Below are positions 37,484 through 45,958 of a stretch of DNA of 64,000 bases, in pieces; positions within the stretch are counted from its first letter, which is position 1, and each line of letters begins with the position of its first letter. The stretch is taken from sequence record NC_021531.1. One strand, written 5' to 3'. The position numbers were made by a program, and so were the translations under genes. Below the pieces are notes generated by a model. It was given only the letters and a program-made list of their open reading frames with translations, ran no database searches and had not been told where the DNA came from.

Positions 37484-38347
37484 ATGAACGAACTATACAA
37501 CTTCTACGCCAACTGCTTAATCGAGGTGCGCCATCCTGAGCGCGCTGCGCCGTTGTGCGAGTTGGTGATGATGGCCATCGACAACGATTACGAACCTGCA
37601 CTGGAGCAGATTTATAATCTGGAAATGGATGACGTTGCTACGCACATCGACACGCTGGAAGGTTGGATTATCAGCTGCGTAGTAGGGTTAGGTCATCGAC
37701 TGGGTATCGCTTTTGATGCCGACACCTGCTACCGCAATCCGCGTATTCCGCTGTTGGTATTAAAAGCCGTACTGGAAGACCTCGAGAACTTCGAGGACTA
37801 TGAACATTTGCAAGCGATTGCTGAATCGGGCGAGCCGGAAGTGATTGTGTTGGAAAACATGATTCGCTACGTGCGCGGGGATGATTTCTTTGAGATTGGT
37901 TCCGCGATTACGCTGGTAGAGCCACGCATCATGAACGTCATCGGCAACTTCCTGAACGCACGGGCAATCACTGACCAGGCGACGGCAATTGACGATGCTG
38001 AACTGCAACGTTTGGCTAAGTACATTCTGCTGTACCCTGAGAACCCATCCGTCTGGGCTTTCCAGAACGCTGCGCGTACCACTGAGCCGAATGTGTTGGC
38101 AACCACGCTTGTGTTTGAGAACACCGGTGTGCCAGAAGAACGCCTGCTGGAGATTTACGCGGTCGGGATGTCCATTTACAACAACGACACCTTTGACGGG
38201 GCGTATGCCGCACTGGAACAGCGTCTGGCAATTATCAATAACGATGCATTACCTGCCATGCCTATTCTTAAATCGGCGGTAGAGTCACTGCGCGCGATTT
38301 ACGAGGTCACGAATGGACAAGCTTCATTACCTGATAGCGGCGTGTAA
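37484..38347 (+). CDS. probable virion head protein (SPN3US gp41-like by synteny)
   Basis: 287-aa ORF; CGTATG late-type motif upstream. Confidence 0.6.
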   Translation: MNELYNFYANCLIEVRHPERAAPLCELVMMAIDNDYEPALEQIYNLEMDDVATHIDTLEGWIISCVVGLGHRLGIAFDADTCYRNPRIPLLVLKAVLEDLENFEDYEHLQAIAESGEPEVIVLENMIRYVRGDDFFEIGSAITLVEPRIMNVIGNFLNARAITDQATAIDDAELQRLAKYILLYPENPSVWAFQNAARTTEPNVLATTLVFENTGVPEERLLEIYAVGMSIYNNDTFDGAYAALEQRLAIINNDALPAMPILKSAVESLRAIYEVTNGQASLPDSGV

Positions 38348-39608
38348 CAGTCACGCGTGGAAGCGACTGACGTGGCGCATGTCTATCTTTAACGTGTGCC
38401 GGTTTCCGGAGAACGTGGAGCCGAAAGCATACGACCTGAATTTCATTGACGGCATTCCGCACTTCTGGAACGTGGATGAAGATTCGTTGGGGAACTGGGA
38501 AGCGATTGCCGGAACGAAAAAGGATGAAGAACTGTTCTGGCCGGAAGAAGAAATCGCGATTAAGGCGGGGGATTATCCGGGACTGAATAAAGACCTGATA
38601 ACCTCAGCGGGTCGCTATGTCGCCAACTGGATTGTGGTGTACTTCTCAGTGGGCACTCGCTTACCTTATCTGGAAGACGGCACTTCGTTCTTGGTTTATG
38701 AGAACGAACTGTATAGCCGTTGTCTGGAATACGGCACGGATAAGCCGGACGACACGGAAGCGTTGCGCCCGAGCCATGTAGCCGCGTTTATACAGGGCCT
38801 GAGCGAGCTTTCTCCAATGTGTAAGGCGATTGCACCGACAGGCACGTTGCGTTCGTTAGAGACGCATCCAGACCTGTATAAGGTACGTGATGCTTTGCTG
38901 GAGAAGCACAAGGATGAGCTGGATGACCCGGCTGTCGTGGTGAAGATTCAGAAGATTCTGGATGACATGGATACCGAATGGTTGCAGGGCGACCAGTCAA
39001 TCGAGTTCTATAAGTCCAAGAAATCCCGCATGCGTCGTCGTAAGCTGCTTATCATGCACGGGATTGAAGCCGCCTTTAAAGAAGGCGGTGATTATACGCT
39101 GATTCCGACATCGCTGATTGAGGGCGGTGACCTGACCAAACTCGTTGAGAAGTTCAACGGGGTGCGTGAGGGTTCCTTCTCCCGTGGTGCCGAAACAGCA
39201 AAAGGTGGTGAACAGGTTCGAATCATCCAGATGATTTTCCAGAACCACCGTATCACCTCTGACGATTGCGGTACGAAGCTTACACATCTCGTCTTTATTA
39301 ATGAGGCGAATGTCACTCGCTATATCGGCATGAACATGGTTGAGACAGGGAAGCTTGTCCCGTTAACCAAGTCGATGCTGAACGGTATGGTGGGCAAAGC
39401 TATCCGCATTCGACGTCCTATCTTATGCCAACGAGGTCACGTTGACACTTGTGCCGGCTGCTCCAGCGTTGCAAAGTCGAAAGAAGAACGAGCGATTGCC
39501 GCGGATATTTCCGGGGCGATGTCGAACGTTATGTTGAACGCAATGGGTGCAATGCATGGCCGAGATACCGTGGTGGCCGAATTCAAACCCCGATTCCACA
39601 TTACCTAA
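38313..39608 (+). CDS. virion RNA polymerase beta' C-terminal subunit (phiKZ gp80-like)
   Basis: SDDCGT, PILCQRGHVDTCAGC zinc site, trigger-loop-like NAMGAMH. Confidence 0.88.
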   Translation: MDKLHYLIAACNSHAWKRLTWRMSIFNVCRFPENVEPKAYDLNFIDGIPHFWNVDEDSLGNWEAIAGTKKDEELFWPEEEIAIKAGDYPGLNKDLITSAGRYVANWIVVYFSVGTRLPYLEDGTSFLVYENELYSRCLEYGTDKPDDTEALRPSHVAAFIQGLSELSPMCKAIAPTGTLRSLETHPDLYKVRDALLEKHKDELDDPAVVVKIQKILDDMDTEWLQGDQSIEFYKSKKSRMRRRKLLIMHGIEAAFKEGGDYTLIPTSLIEGGDLTKLVEKFNGVREGSFSRGAETAKGGEQVRIIQMIFQNHRITSDDCGTKLTHLVFINEANVTRYIGMNMVETGKLVPLTKSMLNGMVGKAIRIRRPILCQRGHVDTCAGCSSVAKSKEERAIAADISGAMSNVMLNAMGAMHGRDTVVAEFKPRFHIT

Positions 39609-39618
39609 GGAACTAGTC

Positions 39619-40200
39619 ATGGGAAACCAAGATAAGAACAAACGGCAGTCTACCGCTGAACAGTCCACCGTTGTAGAAACCACCGGTGTGTCACAGGACG
39701 CTGCCCGCCCGGAACTGACCTCTGCCGCGGCTGCTGACCCGCAGACCATCGCGCCTGCTGGTACTATCAACGCCGAAGAGCAGAACGACCTGAAACTGCT
39801 GGGTCAGTTGCTGGAAGAGTACAGCGCAAACTCCGGTATGCATGTTGACCTCAACAGCTCGAAGTCCAAAACGGCGTTCACCAAACTGCACCACGCTTTC
39901 CGCCTGCTGTTCAAACAGCGCGGCACCGCATTCAAACAAGCCTTCGCCCTGTTCGTGAAGTCTGTGGTTGAAGCGAAAACCAAAGCGTACCATCCGAAAG
40001 TGGTTAACTACCATCTGGATAACCTGAACGCTGACGAGCAGACCGCGTTTATCGTGTTCATCAACCTCGTCACCCGCTTTGCCCGTTTCGACAACAAGGC
40101 GAAGTTCGCGAAGAACACCAACGTGTCTCGCCTGACCGAACTGGTTTCCGATCCGGAACTGAAAGGTCTGCTGGACGAAGTGTTCCTCGTCAAGCACTAA
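39619..40200 (+). CDS. hypothetical protein
   Basis: AAGGA SD before ATG 39619; high-expression codons. Confidence 0.75.
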   Translation: MGNQDKNKRQSTAEQSTVVETTGVSQDAARPELTSAAAADPQTIAPAGTINAEEQNDLKLLGQLLEEYSANSGMHVDLNSSKSKTAFTKLHHAFRLLFKQRGTAFKQAFALFVKSVVEAKTKAYHPKVVNYHLDNLNADEQTAFIVFINLVTRFARFDNKAKFAKNTNVSRLTELVSDPELKGLLDEVFLVKH

Positions 40201-40256
40201 AAAATAAAAGGCACCCTACCTTCCCTCGCGGGAAGGTAGGACCTTTATCTTTTTTT
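40201..40256. terminator. intrinsic terminator (bidirectional-type)
   Basis: CCTACCTTCCC-TCGC-GGGAAGGTAGG with A and T tracts. Confidence 0.85.
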
Positions 40257-40335
40257 GGATAGATATCATCAGGGTGACAGAACAATCCCGTCTCTGTTTG
40301 AGGTTAACACCTTACAATGGTTGAAAGGAGTGAGA

Positions 40336-40464
40336 ATGAAAAGTCCTACACCCAAGACGATACCTGTCCGCCAGCCTTCGTTGGCCGACACAATTAAACT
40401 GATGGCTAGTCTGACAGGACGACCATCACGTGTTCCCGTTTCTGCAAAATCAAAGGAGTTTTAA
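40336..40464 (+). CDS. small hypothetical protein (42 aa)
   Basis: AAGGAG SD; early-type motif at 40259-40283; hairpin downstream at 40470-40495. Confidence 0.45.
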   Translation: MKSPTPKTIPVRQPSLADTIKLMASLTGRPSRVPVSAKSKEF

Positions 40465-40523
40465 TTTAATAGGGTGGTGTTAGCGCACCACCCTACTACT
40501 CCATATAATACTTATTTTTTTGT

Positions 40524-42326
40524 TTACGCGGCTTCTTCGTCGATAGTGGTAACCACTTCTTCGTTAGCTGCGTTCATGCGTTTCAAGAATGCTTCTAACA
40601 CCACATCTTTATCTGGCATCAGGAACAACTCGTTCGCAATTTCCATGGCGTTGACACGGCCGGCGGTCAGGTTAACACCTGCACGACGACGAACTTCTTC
40701 ACTTACCCCTTCGATAGAAATCAATTCGATGATAGTGGTCTCACGAGACTGGTTTGCCATGTTCGTACAAGACGGGTATGCCTGTGTTAAGTCCGCATCC
40801 GCCGTTTGACCACGGAAGGCAGTCAACAGCGATGGTACTTCTTTAACCACATGCAGACCGTTCTCAGCGTTCATGTGTGCCGGCAGGGTAACAATCCAGC
40901 CATCTGTCCCGATAACCTCTTCATCAAAGTCATTCTTAATCGCATTACCCACTGAACCGATAACCAGACCCTGCTCCCAGAGGAAGTAGGTGAACTCGTT
41001 ACAGATACGTTTAGGTAATGACGGGAAGATATCGTACATCGATACACCCGAAAGAATCGTAAGTGCTGAAGACAGGTCGTTCGTCTGTTCATCCAACAAC
41101 ACAATGAGCAAGTTATCCATTATGTTGTATGCGCAGTATTCGAGCGGGAAGTCTCTCTGCGCTTGTATGTGCCAGTCGACGTTGTCTTTATACTCGAGTC
41201 CCGGGATATCTAACTTACCCACCCCCACTTCGGTTTCCAGAATGGCGGAAAGTCGATAGGTCGGGCGGTTACCTTCGTGCGTACGGATTTTCTTAAACAG
41301 ACACATGGCATCTACAGCGTAGAAAGATGCCTGGCAGTACAACACGTGCCACTGGTCAGCAGGTGACTTGGTCAGTGTCTTCGATTCGGTTTTCTTCGAA
41401 GCCTGGTCGCGCTTATACCACACGTTGCGGTATTTGTGCGGCACATCCGGATGGCAGAAGACGTCTTCGTACGGAATACCTTCGGCGTCCAGCTCCTTCA
41501 TCATGATTGTTAAGTCGTAGTCGATGTTCCACGCTACCAGTAAGTCAGGCAACAGTCGGTGAACTTCATGGAACATGGCCACGATACATTGCGCAGGCGT
41601 TGCACAACGGTGAACGAACAGCTCGTACCCGTTTTCCTTAATCAGGTCGCGGTATTCGATTTGCCCTTTCGGGAGTTTCTTGCCCTTTTTATTTTTTGTG
41701 AACGGAACCCGACTTAACAGTTCAATCGTTTTCTTTTCAATGGCCTCATGACCGCCCTTAATACGGTCAAAGTATTCTGCATGCGCAAAGAAGTGAATCT
41801 CTTTGTCACAAACAAATGAGACCATCTCCATACGTTTCGAACCGTCGTCTTCTTTGGTTTCGACGTCGAATACGCAGGAGCGGTTAAGTGATTGTGCATT
41901 CGGATACTTCTCTTTGTACTTCTGTTTAATCCAACTGGTGACCGGTAAGTCTGCCCAATACACAAACGGGCTGCGACATGCCATTTTCAGCGACAGTTTT
42001 GGATTCGGGAAATTGTGCCCCAGCGCCATTTGAATGGTCTGTGACATCTTAACATCCGTCGTGTGGTACTCAACGCACTTCTCACGCAGTTCGAACTCTT
42101 TCTTTTCCTGATGGTTACGGAAAGAAGGTCCTTCGCGGGTAACAAAAATCGGTCGTTTTACGTTCTCACGCATTACCAGTCGCGGGATTTGACGCCCATC
42201 TTTAGTATGGACGACCTCCTTTATGACGACCAAGTCGTTTTGCTTTTCGGCATCGGTCGAGTAGGCGACGGACTTACATTCTTTGCCAACGACATCTTCG
42301 GGGTTAAAGTGTAAGTTGCTTACCAT
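40524..42326 (-). CDS. family B DNA polymerase, 3'-5' exonuclease plus motif A part (phiKZ gp82-like)
   Basis: ExoI FDVET, ExoII WNIDYD, ExoIII YNIMD, motif A DADLTQAYPS. Confidence 0.9.
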   Translation of the reverse strand: MVSNLHFNPEDVVGKECKSVAYSTDAEKQNDLVVIKEVVHTKDGRQIPRLVMRENVKRPIFVTREGPSFRNHQEKKEFELREKCVEYHTTDVKMSQTIQMALGHNFPNPKLSLKMACRSPFVYWADLPVTSWIKQKYKEKYPNAQSLNRSCVFDVETKEDDGSKRMEMVSFVCDKEIHFFAHAEYFDRIKGGHEAIEKKTIELLSRVPFTKNKKGKKLPKGQIEYRDLIKENGYELFVHRCATPAQCIVAMFHEVHRLLPDLLVAWNIDYDLTIMMKELDAEGIPYEDVFCHPDVPHKYRNVWYKRDQASKKTESKTLTKSPADQWHVLYCQASFYAVDAMCLFKKIRTHEGNRPTYRLSAILETEVGVGKLDIPGLEYKDNVDWHIQAQRDFPLEYCAYNIMDNLLIVLLDEQTNDLSSALTILSGVSMYDIFPSLPKRICNEFTYFLWEQGLVIGSVGNAIKNDFDEEVIGTDGWIVTLPAHMNAENGLHVVKEVPSLLTAFRGQTADADLTQAYPSCTNMANQSRETTIIELISIEGVSEEVRRRAGVNLTAGRVNAMEIANELFLMPDKDVVLEAFLKRMNAANEEVVTTIDEEAA

Positions 42327-42371
42327 AGCGGCCCTTCTTATTCGGTTGCTCGATTCTGGATTCTTAGGTAT

Positions 42372-42399
42372 CTATACTAGAGCATTCAATTGTAAAAAA
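42372..42399 (-). promoter_or_regulatory. putative middle-type promoter of exonuclease/polymerase gene
   Basis: Minus strand TTTTTTACA-N12-AGTATAG. Confidence 0.6.
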
Positions 42400-42413
42400 T
42401 TCTGAGGACTCCC

Positions 42414-43754
42414 ATGGGACACTGGTTAAACCTTGCTGCACGTCTCGCGAACGGACAGCATGTAGCTACGGAATCTATCCGATTCCAAAACCGCGACAAA
42501 TTTGAGAAGGTCACTGCTGCCGTAGCCGAAATGCGTAAGACCGATTATAGCCGTACGGCGTATGAAACGTCGACCATTCCTGCGGTGATTAAGGAATGCT
42601 TCGGTATCACCGTGCGACTGTGCGATGCGTCGGAGCTGGGTCTGGCTGACCAACGTCTGGCTGCCGTGCACCCGCCTGAACTCGACAAGAACCACCCGTT
42701 GGTTCCTGAGTTCCAACGCATTACCTACAAAGGTAACAACGATTTAGGGATTTACAGCAAGTTCGCGAAAGACGGTGTTATCATCGGCGAAGTGAACGAC
42801 CTCGAAGCAACCGTGGGTGGCGATTACAGCAAAGTTATTTGTCAGCTGTACGTCACCCCTGCGCTTTTTGCTGACGAATCTTTCACAGATGAAGAGCTCG
42901 GGGCCATCATTCTGCACGAAGTGGGTCACATCTACACCTACTTCAAACTCATTGGTCGTACGCTGCTGACGAACATGATTGCGGACGCTGCTGCCAACCG
43001 TCTGATGAAAATCGAAGACCCGAAAGAGAAAATGAAGGTTGTGGCTGACGTTGAGAAACTCCTCAACACCAAAATTGCCCAGCCGGAAACTCTGCTGGAA
43101 GAGTACCGCAAAGAGCCTCTGTATCTGCACTTGGTGACCGAGCTGTCACAAACGCGTGTCAATGCGGTGGCGTCTAACGGTTACGTCAACCGTAACTGGG
43201 AACGTCTGGCCGATGACTTTGCCGCCCGTTGTGGTGCCGCTCAGCATCTGGCAACCGGTCTGTACAAACTCGAAACGTCGCCAATGTATCTGGCACGCAA
43301 CAATTCGTTTGTAGACTATGGTACCCACATCGTTGTACAGGCTGCCATCCTGAGCTTTTATATTTACAATGCTGTGTACATGCCGTTCATCACCGCGGGC
43401 TGCTTTATCTTCGGGCTGATTATCACCGACCCGCAGGATTACATCTACGATCAGCCGCATGAGCGTTTCGCCACCATGCGCCGTACGATGATTGAAGAAC
43501 TGCGTATTTACGAAGGTGTAAACAGTAAAGAAGCCAACGAGTACCGCAAGCGTGTATTGCGCGAAATCGCTGTGGTTGATGACCTGTTGTCTCAGGTAAA
43601 CGATAAGTCGAACATCTTCAAACTGTTCCACGATTACCTGACCCCGTCAGGCCGTCGTGAGAAGAAGGCCATCGACTTCCAGCAGGACATTGAGAAATTC
43701 TTGACGTCCGATTTGGCCGTGGCTTCCGCTCGACTGAGCGCCGGGGCGAAATAA
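42414..43754 (+). CDS. virion head protein with M48-like zinc metallopeptidase motifs (SPN3US gp45-like)
   Basis: ATE/S maturation site, ILHEVGH, ERLADDFAARCG..LATGLYKL, hydrophobic segment. Confidence 0.7.
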   Translation: MGHWLNLAARLANGQHVATESIRFQNRDKFEKVTAAVAEMRKTDYSRTAYETSTIPAVIKECFGITVRLCDASELGLADQRLAAVHPPELDKNHPLVPEFQRITYKGNNDLGIYSKFAKDGVIIGEVNDLEATVGGDYSKVICQLYVTPALFADESFTDEELGAIILHEVGHIYTYFKLIGRTLLTNMIADAAANRLMKIEDPKEKMKVVADVEKLLNTKIAQPETLLEEYRKEPLYLHLVTELSQTRVNAVASNGYVNRNWERLADDFAARCGAAQHLATGLYKLETSPMYLARNNSFVDYGTHIVVQAAILSFYIYNAVYMPFITAGCFIFGLIITDPQDYIYDQPHERFATMRRTMIEELRIYEGVNSKEANEYRKRVLREIAVVDDLLSQVNDKSNIFKLFHDYLTPSGRREKKAIDFQQDIEKFLTSDLAVASARLSAGAK

Positions 43755-43772
43755 CTTTAACGAGGAACTATC

Positions 43773-44213
43773 ATGACACACAAAGTTACCATGGGTGCGT
43801 TGATTTATGATTTCAAACGCAAGAATGAAGGTAAAGGCGTTCAGGCTACACAGGCGCTGACCACACTTGTTGCAATCACGCTGGCCTATAATGCCCCGCT
43901 GCCGAATAACGGCCCGACCGGTGGTCAGGAAGCCGCTCGTACAACCCTGCGCCCGTACATCACTGATATCGCTTCGCGTATCAACGAAATCATGCACATT
44001 GATTTCACCTCCATTGACTCGCTGTCGATTGCGCTGTACTGCAACCGCTACGAGCAAGCGTGGAACCCGCGTGGCGCTATCGACGCGTTCTCTATCCAGC
44101 AGATTGTCCACGAAGGCATCGGGTCGGACATCTGGGAAACCGTGAAACTGTGGCTGGACCGCTTTATGGACGCCATCAGCTTCTATCAGTTGGAACAACG
44201 CGAAGAGGGCTAA
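43773..44213 (+). CDS. probable virion head protein (gp46-like)
   Basis: 146-aa ORF, GAGGA SD; synteny. Confidence 0.65.
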   Translation: MTHKVTMGALIYDFKRKNEGKGVQATQALTTLVAITLAYNAPLPNNGPTGGQEAARTTLRPYITDIASRINEIMHIDFTSIDSLSIALYCNRYEQAWNPRGAIDAFSIQQIVHEGIGSDIWETVKLWLDRFMDAISFYQLEQREEG

Positions 44214-44216
44214 GCC

Positions 44217-45917
44217 ATGACCGGAACTACTGGTTTAGTTTCTAACCCTCGCTACCGTTTAGGCGAACTGGGCGAACTGGCTCGCCAGCAAGCGCAGATT
44301 GATGTCAACTCCACGCAGGAAGTCGTTGACTTTCTGAAGAAGACTGACCTCGTTGCTAACCACAATCTGAAAGTGCTGGAAGCACTGGAAGACGTGATTG
44401 CAGAGATTCGCAATTACGGGATGAACACAGACACGTTCATCGCAGTCGAATCTATCCGCCCGGGGACTATCCCTCAGGCGGTACGCAATGTGCTGACCAG
44501 CAACTACTCTCGCACCCATCGTGAAGAAACGGTGGTTGCACTGGAGTCGTACGCACAGGTTGGTAAATACGGCATCCTGCTTCTGCTCGTGGGCGCGGTT
44601 ATCAAAATTCTGTCGTGGATTGTCGGTAACGCTTCTGCGGCTGCCGGTGGTGCAGGTTCAGAAGGTGATGACTATAAGTCCGATGCTGACGGTCGTGTTG
44701 AAGGGGCAGAGCTGGGTGATAACTCGATTCTTGAGTCCCTGAAGTCCAGTTCGGTACGTGATGCTTACGTTACCGTGTTCCCGCAGGCGAAGGATGACAA
44801 GTCGAAGAAAGCGCTGAACGATGTGGCGGCGATTCTTGATGCTCGTGTGCAAGAAGCACAGGGCGAGAATTACTTCAACGACTTGTCTGCAGCGGCCATG
44901 GGCGGTAAGTCATTCTTCGGACCTATCCTCAAGAAAGCGGCCGATGGTGATATCAGTCAACGTGAAGCAACGCTCGAACTGATTACCCAAATCGTGGCAA
45001 CCGGTGCACCGTCTGCTATCTTCAATGACCGTGCCGCACAAAGTGCGTGGGCTGTTCTGCCGAAAGGGGCTAAAGAGTGCGGGGTGCGTTATGCAACTGG
45101 CTCTCTGTTCAAGCGTTATGCGAATAACCTGAACAACTTGAACGGTGATGCGGATAAGCTCACGAAGACTATTGAGAAGGTGGTGTCTAACCTGCTGTCT
45201 AATGCAGCTTCCGACGAACGTGAGGCCGCAAACCTCGCGCTGGACTTCGTACAAGAAGTCTCCACTATCTCAGCGGTGGTCTTCTCCATGCTGGAACGCG
45301 ATGGCAGTGGTAACCCAACGATGTCGACTGAATTGTCGTCTGTTGGCTTCCGTATCAAACCGGACTTCGCTAAGAAGTTGATTGGTTATACCGAAGCGAC
45401 GGGTACCACCGGGTCGTATGAGTTCCGTTACGTGACGTCCTCAGCGTTCATGTGCACAGAACTGTTGACTGACCTTGTGAAGGATTCCGGTATCTCCGAT
45501 ACTGACCATCCGGCACTGTTGCGCTCACTGGTCATGCTCGGCCCAAGCGAGCTGGAATCGAACCCACGTACCGATATTGAGAAATACTCGGCACTGCAGA
45601 AACGTTTCCAGTCGCTGTACGATCAAATCGACACGCTCGGTAAGAAGTTTACCAAAGCGAGTAAGAACCCGCCGCTGTTTACTAAGTTTGAAGAAAACAT
45701 CTTTGACATGATTTCTAAGAACAAGCAGACCGCGGCCATCGGTAAAGACACGGGTCTGTACGAAGTGGGTGCAGCCAGTGACGAACCGGGTTCGAGCTTC
45801 TTCAAGGGTACCAAGGCAGTCTTGGCAGTGTGCCGTGACTTTGCCAAGGTAGGCGGGGCGTTAACGAAGGTTGTTGACCGCCACAACAAATGCCCGTGGA
45901 CGAAGATGAAAAAATAA
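44217..45917 (+). CDS. virion head / ejection protein (gp47-like)
   Basis: 566 aa, ALE/S maturation site followed by hydrophobic helix. Confidence 0.7.
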   Translation: MTGTTGLVSNPRYRLGELGELARQQAQIDVNSTQEVVDFLKKTDLVANHNLKVLEALEDVIAEIRNYGMNTDTFIAVESIRPGTIPQAVRNVLTSNYSRTHREETVVALESYAQVGKYGILLLLVGAVIKILSWIVGNASAAAGGAGSEGDDYKSDADGRVEGAELGDNSILESLKSSSVRDAYVTVFPQAKDDKSKKALNDVAAILDARVQEAQGENYFNDLSAAAMGGKSFFGPILKKAADGDISQREATLELITQIVATGAPSAIFNDRAAQSAWAVLPKGAKECGVRYATGSLFKRYANNLNNLNGDADKLTKTIEKVVSNLLSNAASDEREAANLALDFVQEVSTISAVVFSMLERDGSGNPTMSTELSSVGFRIKPDFAKKLIGYTEATGTTGSYEFRYVTSSAFMCTELLTDLVKDSGISDTDHPALLRSLVMLGPSELESNPRTDIEKYSALQKRFQSLYDQIDTLGKKFTKASKNPPLFTKFEENIFDMISKNKQTAAIGKDTGLYEVGAASDEPGSSFFKGTKAVLAVCRDFAKVGGALTKVVDRHNKCPWTKMKK

Positions 45918-45958
45918 AGTAAGGCCCTACCCCATCGGGGTAGGGTACCTTTTATTTT
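45918..45958. terminator. bidirectional intrinsic terminator
   Basis: CCCTACCCC-ATC-GGGGTAGGG between convergent genes. Confidence 0.8.
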
